Source: Eledone cirrhosa
Lineage: Eukaryota
Assembly: GCA_964016885.1 (NCBI GenBank)
Contig: OZ024743.1
Span: 31,868,001 to 31,932,000 of the forward strand
Length of the DNA: 64,000 bases
Reading direction: 5' to 3'
Numbering within the stretch: position 1 is the first letter of the stretch; every line of letters starts with the position of its first letter. The notes beneath the pieces are model-generated. The model was not told the origin of the DNA. It was given only the letters and a program-made list of their open reading frames with translations, and did no database searches. Shown here piece after piece: positions 1 through 13,202 of this stretch. The translations under genes were made by a program, and so were the position numbers.

Positions 1-410
1 ACATGTAAATATTATCAGATGTAGAAATTTAAGAGTTGTTAAAAGTCAATATGTTATGTGCTCAGCGGAACTAATTCACCATTAACAAGAGAAACAAAAG
101 TGTAGTAAATCTGTAGTAACACAATCATTAATAGTACCTCTAGAAACAGCAGTAAAATAAGAAAAGCAACTCCAACGTCGAATTAAAAAACAGTAATATA
201 CGATATCTTCACACAATGTTTAATCTTTATGTAAACGGAACTGATTAATCGAGGAATCTGACCTCAAGTAGAAATAAAATCGGAAGTAATATTAGATAAG
301 TGAATAACTTCAAGATTCTGTATTCTGAGGATGTTCAAAAAATATATTTTAAAATATATTAAAAGCATTAAAAGCAGTGACAATGAGTATATATATATAT
401 ATATATATAT

Positions 411-705
411 CGTTTTTGAATTTGTTTAGAAATATTGCTTAGCTGAAAACGTGTGTTGAAACCGATATTGTGATACTTTGGGAGGGTCATGTTGCCAATA
501 AGAAACCAATAAGAAACACACGCACTAGTAATTTTCACTTCAATTTATTATAAATTTCCGGTTGGTTGGTTGGTTGGTTCTATAACCGGATGGTTGTCTA
601 CATATTGTCAAAGTTCTTCCGTCACAAATTCTGTGACCTCTTCAGTGACTGGGGATTCTTTTCTTTATTTTTTTATTTTGTGCCTCTCCTTTGTTCTCTC
701 CTACG
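411..705 (-). repeat. Family A PLE-terminus-like repeat containing a degenerate HHR motif at 607-649 (-)
   Basis: Homologous to 4732-5205, 23600-24005 and 54003-54335; flanked by (TA)n; minus strand reads gtca CTGAAGA g GTCACA gaatt TGTGAC ggaa (GAAA mutated) gaactt tgac. Confidence 0.65.
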
Positions 706-713
706 CCATATAT

Positions 714-864
714 ATAGGAACATATTTAACCCCGACGGCAGATCTCAAGCCGTTTCGAGCTCTGCCGTCGGGGTTAAACATTTTCCTATTACCCACTCTA
801 CTACCCTCAATATTGAGTACTCTGGTGCGTTATGGTCCATCTGGTTCCTTACTACACTTGCTTC

Positions 865-868
<4 letters not shown>
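714..868. repeat. Family B fold-back repeat carrying the 3' half of an HHR
   Basis: Hairpin aaccccgacggcaga...tctgccgtcggggtt with an unpaired tail 790-868; same family at 1755, 44167, 44685, 46478 and 58930. Confidence 0.7.
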
Positions 869-956
<88 letters not shown>

Positions 957-1051
957 TATATACCAATGAAAGTGATGTATGTATGTATGTACATATATAC
1001 ATATATATATACATATGCATATGTATATGGGGGTGGGTTGAGTGTGTTAGT

Positions 1052-1085
<34 letters not shown>

Positions 1086-1705
1086 CATTCAATGCAACTG
1101 ACCATCATTCAAAAGAAGCACTCATTTCAAATTTCAAATGTTTCCAATGCTTCCTATGTCAACCTCAGTATGTAACAAATATGTATAAGATGTATAGCTA
1201 TGTTTACATATCTACAAAGACATAAAATTGAGTTTCCTCAATATAGCATTCCATATGTTATCAATATAATCTTATCAATATAGCATTCAAAGTTATTTAA
1301 TGTTATTTTTTATCACTTTTGAAACTTTCATGAACTCTTCCAGTTCATTTTATAAGCGAATTCGGTGTTTTTGTAAAGATCCAGTATAGTACTTCGTGTA
1401 GCATTTACAATACTGCTTCAGGAATAATATGTTTGCAGAATGATATATCATATAGAATATATATAAAAATGAAATAACACGTGAAAATGAATCACGTCAT
1501 ATACATTAAAATAGGCCATTTATATTTTAGATTTATTCCCCTGGATGTGGTCCTATGTAACGAGTAAACAAATGCATAAATAATTTTACAATCGTACAAA
1601 GCTGTGAATAACAGTAGCATATAAACACACTTATATATGTATATATATATATACACACACACTCACATATAAACACATTTTTATATATATGAATGTGTGT
1701 GTGTG

Positions 1706-1744
<39 letters not shown>

Positions 1745-1754
1745 ATATATATTT

Positions 1755-1952
1755 ATAACGAAGGAAGTGTGGTAAGAAAACGAGATGGACCATAACGCAC
1801 GTGAGTACTCAATACTTAGAGAAGTAGAGTGGGTAATAGGCAAATGTTTAACCCTGACGGCCGAGATCAAGCCGTTTTGACGGCTGTTTCTGGACTCAGA
1901 AATAGCCGCGAAACGGCTTGAGCTCTGCCGTCGGGGTTAAACTTTTGCCTAT
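1755..1952. repeat. Family B fold-back repeat
   Basis: Inverted arms around gtttctggactcagaaat (~1886-1903); right arm reads GAAACGGC ttgagctct GCCGTC gggg; (TA)n on both sides. Confidence 0.7.
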
Positions 1953-2196
1953 ATATATATAAGAAATATAAATCTGAGTGCTTCGAACATTAATAATAAT
2001 ATTCGATTCGTTTGCAATTTTGCAAACAGTCTCTTAAGACATGTCAGAAGAGAGACTCCATCATTCTTTGCTCTTGTGTTAGCATATAAACAGAATAGCA
2101 AACACTAATGTGTCTGGCTTATTACTTTTCATCATTACCGTATACAGTTTACCTTCCAACTGTCAAAGCGAGTGAACATATATGATATTTTCTGGA

Positions 2197-2234
<38 letters not shown>

Positions 2235-2236
<2 letters not shown>

Positions 2237-2676
2237 TAGAAATAGAATAGCTTTCACCATATTTTTTTTACTAAAGATATTTTAGTCTGATAATGGGGTT
2301 TAGAACCCTCAGATAAATGGAAAAAGATGAGTATTGATGTACATGGGAGTCAAACCCACATCTTTGGTTATCCAGACCACTGTGCTACCATTACACCAAC
2401 ACATCACCCATCTCCTTCCATTCAAATTAGAAGCTACATTCTTAGCGAGTATAAATGACAAGTAAGTATGTTTTGAAACAGTGAGCAGGTTTGAAATTAG
2501 ATATAGAATAGCTTTCACCGTATTTCTTTTACTAAAGATATTTTAGTCTGATAAATTAGAACCCTCAGATAAATGGGTTCTAAACACCAGAGTAAAATTT
2601 CTTTAGTAAGAAAAATAAGGTGAAAGCTATTCTATTTCTAATTTCAAACCTGCTCACTGTTTCAAAACATACTTAC
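2235..2676. repeat. Family C repeat: tRNA-like segment plus fold-back (arms ~2463-2565 and ~2574-2676)
   Basis: Near-identical sequence at 58511-58892; inverted arms read directly. Confidence 0.7.
2335..2405 (-). tRNA. tRNA-like cloverleaf inside family C repeat (probably pseudogene/element-borne)
   Basis: GATGTGT acceptor arm, D arm GTGT-AATGGTA-GCAC, TGGT-CTGGATA-ACCA, T arm GTGGG-TTTGACT-CCCAT. Confidence 0.5.
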
Positions 2677-3164
2677 ATATATATATATATAATTACATTA
2701 ATGGAGAAAGCTATTAGCGATACTCCGACCGATTTCCAACTCACTCAACAAAGATTAGGAAATACCGGAGTATATTCCCAATTAAACGTTTGGAGTGCTA
2801 ACTATATTGTATTGTGTGGATAATTGGCAGTATTATTTTATCTGAGATATATTAAATAACTCATTTCCCAAACGAATCGCTTCATTATAAGATGTCTACA
2901 TGGTCGGTGAAATTATACCAAGTCATGTAGAAGCGTGTGTAAGATCAATTGATTCTTATAAATCTTCAGTGTGTGCCCAATAATATTAATATTAATAACT
3001 TAATCAATATCAATATTTACCGATAATCACCATCAGTGCTAGAAGGAAATGTTAGGTTGTAAGTCCAGCAGTTCTAAATAAAATCTCACACTGTCTCGAA
3101 AATGGGAGGAGGAGGCTACCGCCAAAAAATAATATATACGCAAGTCATTGAACTCTGACAAGAA

Positions 3165-3345
3165 TTCAAAGAACTCTGGATGCTCTGAAGTACACCTTTG
3201 CACTTGATAAATAGTCCTTCACACTCCTGTATAAAATCCTGATATGTCCACACCTTGAGTATGCCTCCGTTATATGGGCACCCAAGTTAAAGAGAGACAA
3301 GAGAGACATTATTGAAAATATACAGCGAAGAATATATAAAGTTAC
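3165..3345 (+). mobile_element. CR1/L2-like LINE RT-downstream fragment
   Basis: Translates LLYKILICPHLEYASVIWAPK...IENIQRR, matching the LY..LVRPHLEYA..W.P motif of CR1-group LINEs. Confidence 0.65.
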
Positions 3346-3454
3346 AAATATTTTCTTACTGAATAACTTTGATAACTTTGATAACTTTGATAGGTTTCGG
3401 CCAGTATTAGCCCAGGCCATGTCTAACTTAATAGCACCACCTGGCGAAGTCTTA

Positions 3455-3715
3455 CAAATCAGGGTTTGGGCATGGAGGCATATCCGGGTGTAGGAGGCTT
3501 ATCCGGGATTTCTTGAAGGAATTTGTCCAAAGACTTCTTGAACTTGATGGGGTCTGTTTCTGTTTTGATGTGTTTTGGTGTAATGTTAAAGAGAGTGGGG
3601 CCAATTGGGGTGAAATAATTGTGCCGTATTGTTGTTGAGATGCGAGTGAGATTTTTGTCGTGGGCGAATATACCAGCCTTCTATGGTGTATATTTTTCTG
3701 TCGTATGATCAAGGA
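3455..3715 (-). mobile_element. Degenerate LINE ORF2 C-terminal fragment
   Basis: Minus frame reads DPIKFKKSLDKFLQEIPDKPPTPGY, resembling the FK..LD.FL..IPD terminus of CR1/Jockey-group LINEs. Confidence 0.45.
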
Positions 3716-4731
3716 AGGGTGTATACTTGATTGACTGAAACAGTCATTAACCTTGTCAAGGTCAGCGTGCTATTAGTCAATGTCGATGACACAATGTATA
3801 CAAATCCACGTGTAATGTGATAGCTAAATTCTAAAAAAATATTGAATTCTGTGCTTGATCTGATTCCGCCATGTCATAATCTTTAGCCTCCAAACTAAAT
3901 AAAATTATTGACAACGAAATATTACTCTCGAAGTACACATAAGTATTTTAATGCAAATAGAAAAATCTAACAATAAATTAGTATGTATGTATGTATATTT
4001 ATATATATATATGTGTGTGTGTGCGTGTGTGTATGTGTTTGTCAGTGTCTGCGTATGTGTGTTTTATATATGTTTACACTAGAGCTTTGCCGAATGCACA
4101 TCATGCTGTTTAAACCAGAAACAATCACCATAATAATCTTATTGCTTTTTTGTTTGTTTTTTCTTTGTGATATCTCATTGTTTCATCAACGCTAAAATAA
4201 TATAATGTCATAAAAATGTTAATTACTGAAAATCAAAATCAGAAACAACTATTTATAATGCCGTTAGCTATTATCATTGCGAAATAATTTAACAGGTTAG
4301 AAAAACTGCAATATTCCATTTGCATATTTTTATTCATCAGAAATAAATTCCCGCCATGAAATTATCATTTCTCATCCGAATAAAACGTAGCTTCGAATGA
4401 GCAATATTTATATGTTTCTGTGGGAGGGAAAATACCTTAAGTACTTTTGATGTTTAGAATGATAATAGATATCCCCCCTATGTATAAATGAGTTTACAAG
4501 GTCGTAAAACGCTACAATAAATATGTACACATACATAACTACACGTACGAATGATTCCATGCTTTGTTATACATATATATATATGGAAGTACAGATAGGT
4601 ATATTTTCGAAGCAATAACTTCTTTCCATATCTAATGTATTCGGACATATATATTTTCACATCTTTAGATACATAGATACATTATTGATACATATATACA
4701 ATCATATGCATTATATATATATATATATATT

Positions 4732-5205
4732 TCGTTTCTGAATTTGTTTAGCAAGATTCTTTATCTGAAAATATGTGTTGAAACCGATATTGTTATACTC
4801 TGGGAGGGTCATGTTGGCAATAAGAAACACACGCACCATATGCTTTAACTCCAATTTATTATAAATTAAATTTATAAATTTAAGAATTTATAAATTTCCG
4901 GTTGGTTGGTTGGTTCCTACGCCATCTTATTTTTGTGCGTCAAAACAAAAACAAGATGGCTTAGTTCAGAACAAAGGAGAGGCAGAAAACAAAGAAAAAA
5001 ATCCCCAGTCACTGAAGAGGTCACAGAATGTGTGACGAAAGAACTTTGACAATATATGAACAATCGTCCGGTTGTAGAACCAACCAACCAACCGGAAATT
5101 TATAAATTCTTAAATTTATAAATTTAATTTATAATAAATTGGAGTGAAAGCATCTGGTGCGTGTGTTTTTTACTGGCAACATGACCCTCCCAAAGTATAA
5201 CAATA
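4732..5205. repeat. Family A asymmetric fold-back element
   Basis: Arms ~4788-4920 and ~5076-5205 are reverse complements; ~55-bp unpaired tail; (TA)n on both sides. Confidence 0.75.
5008..5050 (+). ncRNA. Candidate minimal type I hammerhead ribozyme
   Basis: Stem I gtca/tgac, CTGAAGA, extra G, stem II GTCACA/TGTGAC, GAAA, 2-bp stem III AG/CT, predicted site CUU. Confidence 0.5.
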
Positions 5206-5391
5206 TATATATATATATATATATATAACAATATATATATATGTATATATATGTATGTATATATATATAAATATATGTGTGTGTATGCATATATATATAT
5301 ATGTATATATATATGTATGCATACATATATATATACATATATATATACACACACACACACACATATATTTATATATATACATACACACACG

Positions 5392-5467
<76 letters not shown>

Positions 5468-5864
5468 GAGAGAGAAAGAGCTACAGTGAGTGAGTGATTG
5501 ACAGAGTGGAGTGAGTTGAAAGTGTGGGAGAGACAGAGATATGCTAGAGTGATATTTGTATATTTCTCATTCCTGAATGCATCCGGTGAATATATCTCTC
5601 AATGCAGTCAGATATGTTTCACCTCATTTCTGGTTTTTTTCATATCTCCATCATCATCATCGTCATTTCCTTCCTTACCCACCACACTAAATCTAAAAGC
5701 GGCAAGCCCAGAGGACAGTGAGATAGTGGCATTGTATAATATTTCCATAGAAGATTATGAAGTTCATTGTTTTAAGTGATATTATATACATTGCATGATG
5801 TGATATCTCCAATGTTGTCATGGACGTAATATTTTGAAATATCTCCATTGGTGTATGTAATAAT

Positions 5865-6042
5865 TGTTTCTACTTTAGGCACAAGGTCAGCAAATTACCC
5901 AGTACATTACAGGTACTTTATTTTATCGACCCCGTAAGGATGAAAGGCAAAAGTTAACCTCGGCGGCATTTCAACTCAGACCGTAAAGGGACGTAACTAT
6001 GGTGGAAAGCATAGCATCCGACTCTCTACCGATACTGCCAAT
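5865..6042 (-). mobile_element. tRNA-derived SINE (cephalopod-type)
   Basis: Homologous to 20836-21021 and 25292-25479; A-box- and B-box-like motifs; body with ggggtcgataaaataaagtac. Confidence 0.8.
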
Positions 6043-6740
6043 GTTTCTAACTAGAACTTGAGTGAGGACTGTTTTCTAGTAATACCGTTCACTATTTTTC
6101 CACAAACCCTTCTGCTTATATATGAAAACCTAATATGCATACTTAAAAGGAAAATATACATAAATGCATATACTAAAAAGTAATATGTAAATATATACAA
6201 TTAAGTCTAGATACTTGTAGTATTTCGTGTATGCATACAAATATATCATTAACTAAATATGAACATGTGAACCTAAACATGTAGGATAATAAACATAATA
6301 TAAACATATAGAATAATATATAACATGTAACATTTAAAAGATCTGTATATAATTGTATTGTATATAATATTTCATTCAAAATGTTTTTGGTTGGTACGTT
6401 TTGAGGAATATTAGTCAACCCATCTAGCTCCTCGAAAATTGTGCCATGACTACAGGAAATGTTTACATGTGATGGACACGCTACGCAGTCGCTTGATCTG
6501 GTTAAATATCTATGAAGTTACATATTTCTGTTTGATGTACTTGTATGTGTGTGTATGTTTATGTATTGTTGTGCATTTTTAATGAAAAATATTTACTTGT
6601 AAACCGCCTTTCGTATGCTAGTTCTTATGCAGAAAATATTGACAAGGGTATCCACGGTCTTTGATGACACATCTACGAATAGTTAAAAGATTTTTGTTTT
6701 GTTTTGAATTGGTAAATTACACTAGTGACTTATTTTAGAT

Positions 6741-6780
<40 letters not shown>

Positions 6781-7377
6781 TTTGTTTTATTTACTTGTCA
6801 TCGAGTATGACATCAAGTAATGTGTAACTTCATAGAAAAGCATCGTTATACACCAGCGTTCCAAGTAAAGACGAAAATTGTATTTAAATCTATAGGATCA
6901 AAGCAACATACTTTAGAAAACAGAAATCTTTGATATTTGTTATTGTAAAAAAAAAACCGTTTCTATAATAGTTTATGGATATTTTTAAATCAAGAGATGA
7001 TCAATTGATCTTGCTTACAAGTAGAGGACGGTCCCTGAATTTCAGATTGAACGAATGTCTATTGAATCATAAAGATATTTGTTAGTTTTCCTCTTCTCTG
7101 TAATCATGAAAGGGAACCTTTTTGACAAAATCGATTATCGTCTTTCTCATGGATAACTATGTATTCATATGTATCTCACAGTATCTCCGTTCACTTAATT
7201 TGCTGTGCCTTCATAGCAAAGAATATTGTATTATTGAAGCTCCTCTAGATAACCATAAACGTTATCATCTCTTGAATATTTGCTTTTGCAGACAATCCAT
7301 TCTCTAAAATCCAGTTTTTCACATTTGGAGTAATAATTGATTTTTTACGGATATATTCTCGTATGGACAAATAAGTA

Positions 7378-7435
<58 letters not shown>

Positions 7436-7796
7436 CATGAGTATGTGTATGTGTGTGTGTATGTGCGTGCGTGTGGGTGTCTGCCCGTGCATGGGTGTGT
7501 GTGTGTGTGTATGAGTGTGACTTCTTCAGAACTAGAATTGTTGCATTCATTTGAAATCATGAAAAATATTGACATTGACTTTCCTGATCAGAAAAGTTCT
7601 AATCCCGAAGAAACCATTGCTATATGAAATCAATATATACCTTCTCTTGTAACTTATGGCGAACCTTATTTAAATGTGATTCTCTTATGTTGTTCTTCAG
7701 AAAGCCATACTTTATAGGACCCCGACGGCTGAGCTCCGGTCAGCTATATATATATATATATATATATTAGAAAGTGAACAACACAAAATATAACTA

Positions 7797-7866
7797 CTCC
7801 ATTACCAAAGGTTTCTGGAATACAGACGATAATAATATATACGTTTGGATCGTTCGTCAGACAGAG
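7797..7866 (-). ncRNA. Candidate type I hammerhead ribozyme (family E)
   Basis: ctctgt CTGACGA ...irregular stem II... GAAA CC ttt GG TA atggag; predicted GUA site; homologous to 26885-26962. Confidence 0.5.
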
Positions 7867-7943
7867 ATGTTATCCTGCAAAAAGTAGAGTTTTCCGAGCA
7901 TGTAAATTACTTCCTCTTCTAATCGGATATATTAATGTAATTT

Positions 7944-8330
7944 TTAGCGAAATCTAATGTATTGGTTAATAAAGATTGAGTAATAGAGGGATAGACGAAT
8001 TATATCGAATTGAGTGAATCTAGATCTATTTTGATCAGGTATATTAAACCATGAAACTACTGAAGATGTATTAAGCCATTTATTAAGTTCTGTTTTACTT
8101 CTTATTTTTAATATTATATTTCTTAATATGTTATTACTATCAAGACCGATTTCTGATTTAGCAGGGTTAATGAGTCTACAACTAGGTCTGTTATTGAAAT
8201 CTATTTTGTGGTCTTTCAGTGTAATATAGGCTTTGCGTTTAGCTAGGCTTTCAGTTCTATTATCAATTTTTAATTTACTTGCAATGTCTTTAGCTTCAAT
8301 ATTTATATTATTAAATAGCTCTGTTCTACA
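7944..8330 (-). mobile_element. Penelope-like RT fragment
   Basis: KAYITLKDHK...PSCRLINPAKSEIG...FTQFDI parallels PLE RT motifs 1-3; HHR motif immediately downstream on the same strand. Confidence 0.6.
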
Positions 8331-8377
8331 CATAGAGCAATCTTTTTTCCTTTGCTTTTCCTTTGGAATTACGTAAT

Positions 8378-8410
<33 letters not shown>

Positions 8411-8577
8411 GCGAGTGAATGCACGCGTGTATAATGTGTTCATTGTTGTCGTTGGGAAGCAATTTGTATAACCAAAGAACCTAACTGTGAATGAAAGGGT
8501 CATCTAGAAATATAATGGACGAACGAAAAACCAAAATATTTTTTAATGGTATTAGAGGCAAGCTGAACTATAAATGC

Positions 8578-8626
<49 letters not shown>
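8578..8626. repeat. (TAA)n microsatellite
   Basis: About 16 units read directly. Confidence 0.95.
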
Positions 8627-9554
8627 GGGAAGAAGACGCACGAGGTGACGGAGGTCATGAAATCGCTCCCGTAAGTTTTGAATTTTTAACATATTTAAAT
8701 CATTTGTGAAATAACAACTCTTAGTACAAATGCTACGTAAAGCACCCGGCTTGAGCCCCAAAAAAATTCGGACCCAAAATATATTGTTATAAGGCTCAAA
8801 TATTCAAATATTCAACTTTGTATTGTACACTGTATATCCAAAAAAAAATGGCTATAAATGGAAGAAGAAGAACCCCCCCCCCCTCCTCTCCTCTGGCTAC
8901 ACTATATAGGACAGCTAAACTCACCAACACCAGAAACTAGATACACCACCCACCCCATCATCTGTGTACACTAAACACAACAGCATTTTCACCTTCACCG
9001 CCACCGCTCACTACGGCCATCATTACTACCACTATCCCATCACCGCCGCCACCACCCCTTGACTCCTTCACTGCTGCTGCCACCGCTACAGCACCATCAC
9101 TACAGTAATACGGTCGCATCACCGCCACCACTGCCTCGGTATCGACATCACCACCACCACTGTCTCAGTATCGCCAACGCCGCCAGTCTCTGCTGGCTGC
9201 CACTTCCACATTATAGAATCCCTACTACTAACAAAGAGGAAGGCATCAAAATATATAGATAGACTCAAAAGAAAAAAGAAAAAACAAACAACAAAAGCAG
9301 CACAGCAACAACAGCAAAAAACGAGAAAAACAGAGAAAAACAAAAACAAAAAAAGAAACCCCAAAAACGTAAAGAAAATAAGAATGAAGAGAGAAGCAGG
9401 CGGACGGACAGAGAAGAGGGGGGAAAAAGTAAAACTTAAAAAACAAAAACTAAGTCAGACATTCGAATACTACATTACAATGAAACTTATGCTTATTCAT
9501 TTTTGGGGCCCTTTCTGCCCGTGTGTTTGTTTGTTTATGTGTGTCCGTATACAG

Positions 9555-12500
9555 CGTGGTGATAATACCACACAAGGGCCAAGTGGGATGGCGGATCCAC
9601 AAATGGCTATGTAAACATACATTCGCCAATCCTCGATAAGAGTGTTTAAATATCGAACATAAACAGTTCGAATAACGGTGAAATGGAGACTAGAACGTCA
9701 TGTGACGGACTCTCACCCAACAGGTGCCCCCTGGCTCAGCAGCAGGAACCTGACTGTCAACCAAATACTGCTGATGTTGGAGGAAGAAGAAGAAGGAAAG
9801 GGGCCAGAACCAACTGGACGAAAGAATTGAATAGAACTGTTATGCAATGCTACCTGAAAAGTAACCCCAAGGAGAGGGGCTACAGGAGACGGATGCATAA
9901 CATCTGGAACGAGATTGGTTTATTTAAATTAGATGAACAAAAATTGGCCGGGCAGGCTCGGGTAATAAGAACTAATGGGTGGATAAGCGAGCTGGAACTG
10001 GAGGAACTGAGCAGAGAGAATGGCTTGGAGATGGCGGGTGTAGTATGCCAGACAAGCGAGCCGGCGGGAAATGAAGGTGAGGAGGTCCTGAGAACGGAGG
10101 AACCACCCGAAGCAGACAATGATCTGAATACTGAGATAAATAATACCTGGAACAGAGATACGGCCACTGAGGAGATGAATGCTGACGGGCTAGGACAAGA
10201 TTCGGTTGACATCCTAAATTTAGTGGTAGATGAGTTGAACAATGATAGTGGGAGACCTATGAACCTAAGATTTGTAGACAGGAAAAAGTTAAAAGAAACA
10301 ACAGCTAAGGTAAACAAAGTCATCCCATACCTTGAGGCGAGGAGTCTTCACCAGTGCAACAATATCCTCAAAGCAACAGCAAATACGGTGAGGAAACTAC
10401 TTGGTATAAAAGCGAGAGGAAACAACAGACAAGAAAGAGCAGAGCCGTGGTGGAAGAAGCGACTGAGTGGGCAAATCAGGGAAATGAGAAATGACATAGG
10501 AAAGCTTGAGTCACTACTGAATGGGACACTAAAAAACATGGGCACTAAAAATAGACTGGAAATAAAATACAAAACTAGGAGTAAAAAGCTAAATATTATC
10601 ATAGAGGAATTGAAGCAACGCATTGTAGCAAAGAGTGCCAAAATCAGGCGATACGAGAACAGAGTCAGTCAGTATAAACAGAACCGCATGTTCGACAACA
10701 ACCAGAAGATGCTGTTTGACAGCTTGAGGGGAAAGAAAGAGGCAACGACTTGATCCCTGGGGCGGAACAAGCTAAAACATTCTGGAGAGGAATATGGGAG
10801 CAGGATGTTAGACACAATGCCCAGGCAGGGTGGATTGAGACAGTACAGAGGGAAATCGGTGAGCAGGCACAGCAACAGACTGATTTGAGTATCACAGTTG
10901 AAACTCTTAAGGGGCAAGCCAAAAAACTAACCAACTGGAAATCACCAGGCCCAGATGGTGTGCAGGGGTATTGGATTAAACATTTAACATCTCTCCACCC
11001 GAAGCTGACGGCCATGTTCAATGACTGCTTGGTGTCGGGTGAGGTGCCAGAGTGGTTGACAAAAGGTACCACAGTTCTGATAATGAAAGACCGAATCAAG
11101 GGTAATGATGTTACCAACTATAGACCTATCACATGTCTGCCCGTAATGTGGAAACTGTTGACGAGCATTGTGTCTGAGGAAATCTACCATCACCTCCACA
11201 CAAACAACTTGTTGCCGGACGAACAGAAAGGATGCCGAAAGAAGTCACGTGGTACAAAGGACCAGTTGCTTATTGATAAGATGGTAATGGGGAATTGCAG
11301 GAGGAGACACACTGATCTTGCCATGGGATGGATAGACTACAGAAAGGCATTTGACATGGTGCCTCATTCCTGGATCACCAAAAGCCTGGAGATCTTCAGG
11401 GTGGCAGATAACATCAGACAGTTGCTGGGCAGGAGTATGGGGTCCTGGGAGACAGAGTTGACATCAACTGGAGTATCCTTGGGAAGCGTGAAGATCAAGA
11501 GAGGTATCTTCCAGGGAGATAGCCTGTCCCCTCTGTTGTTTGTCCTTGCCCTGATGCCCTTGACCATTATGCTGCGAAAAGTGAGAGCAGGATACAAGTT
11601 GGGAAGGGGAGAGCTTACCATCAATCACCTCCTCTTCATGGACAATCTTAAGCTCTTCGGGAAAAGTGAGAAGGAGTTGGATGTGCTTGTTGACACTGTC
11701 CGTATTTTCAGCAGTGATATATGTATGCAGTTTGGTATTGGTAAATGTGGAGTCATTGTGATGAGGAGGGGTAGGTTGAGCAGAAGTAACGGGATCCAGA
11801 TACCAACAGGTGAGATGATAAAGGAAATTGACTCTGAGGAAGGATACAAGTATTTGGGCGTTCTGGAGGCTGATGGCATAAAGAACAAAAAAATGAAGGA
11901 ATTGTTAAGAACTGAATACATTCGGAGAGTAAGGAGCGTATTGAAGTCACATCTGAACAGCAGAAATGCCATAAGCGCAGTAAATTCCCGAGCTGTGTCT
12001 ATTATTAGGTACAGTGCGGGAATTCTGAGATGGAATGTTGCTGAACAAAAAGAAATGGATAGGAAGACTAGGAAGCTATTGACTATCTACAACATGTTGC
12101 ACAAGAGGAGTGATGTCGATAGACTCTACCTAAGGAGATCTGAGGGTGGAAGAGGTCTTATCAGCATAGAGGACTGTGTTCAGATGGAGTAAAACAACCT
12201 ATACAAATACGTGACCTATAGTAAGGAGCCAATGCTCAGAGCTGTACTGAAGGAGGGGACAGTAGGCCAGGGGATATCCAAGGAGGAAATAACATCAAGG
12301 AGGAAGAGCAGCCTTAAGGGAAAATCCCTTCATAGTACCTTCTTTGAGAAAACTGAATTTAGAGATCCACAGACATGGAACTGGTTGAGAAGAGGAGACC
12401 TCAAAAAGGCTACAGAAGGAATGCTAATGGCTGCGCAGGAGCAGGCCCTCAAAACGAAGTGGTTGAAGCACCATATCTACAAGGAGGAGGCTAGCCCACT

Positions 12501-13154
12501 GTGCAGGATCTGTGGAGAGAGAGAGGAGACTGTGGCTCACATTGTGTCCGAGTGTAAACACCTAGCCCAGACCCACTATAAGGGCTGGAGACACGATGTG
12601 ATGGGCAGGGTGATCCACTGGCACCTGTGCAAAGTAAACAATCTACCACATTCTGAGAAATGGTATGAGCATAGGCCAGAGGCGGTGATGGAGAACAGTC
12701 AGGTGAAGGTGCTGTGGGATTTTAGGATACAGACGGACAAAAAACTGGAACACAATAGACCTGACCTGGTGGTTGTGGACAAAGAAAAAAGATCGTGCCT
12801 GATTGTGGATGTGGCCTGCCCGTTCGACACGAGAGTGCAAGAGAAGGAGAGGGAGAAAATTAACCGATACCAGGACCTAAAGTGGGAGGTGAAAAGGATT
12901 TGGAACTGCCATGAAGTCAAAGTGATCCCGATTGTCATAGGCGCACTGGGGACTATCTCCAAAGGTTTCCAGGGATGGTTAAAGAAAATCGGCCCCTTCA
13001 CGCTTTTTGGAACGCTTCAAAAGGCATGCTTGCTTGGAACGGCAAGAACCCTCCGATACGTCCTGAATATCTGAGGCTGCAGGTAGTGGCTTGATATTCA
13101 ATCCAACGGACTTTCCAGTTAACCAACATCAATGACTGAGATTCAAGGAATAAC

Positions 13155-13200
<46 letters not shown>
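9555..13200 (+). mobile_element. R4/Dong-clade non-LTR retrotransposon, copy 1 (5' boundary uncertain)
   Basis: Single long RT + CCHC + RLE ORF; 3' end runs into (TAA)n at ~13149-13201. Confidence 0.85.
9683..13074 (+). pseudogene. RT-RLE polyprotein; frameshift ~10745, stop at 12190, catalytic motif FMDN
   Basis: KSPGPDG, NYRPITCL, IDYRKAFD, GIFQGDSLSP, LFMDNLKL, CRIC..ETVAHIVSEC, RHD, RPDLVV..IVDVACP..EKINRY. Confidence 0.9.

Positions 13201-13201
<1 letters not shown>
13149..13201. repeat. (TAA)n tract between the two Dong-like elements
   Basis: Read directly. Confidence 0.9.

Positions 13202-13202
<1 letters not shown>

Noticed and set aside
8627-9550. Possible long 5' UTR of Dong-like copy 1 starting at the 8578 (TAA)n
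   Set aside because: Low-complexity sequence with no second copy to define the boundary; left unassigned
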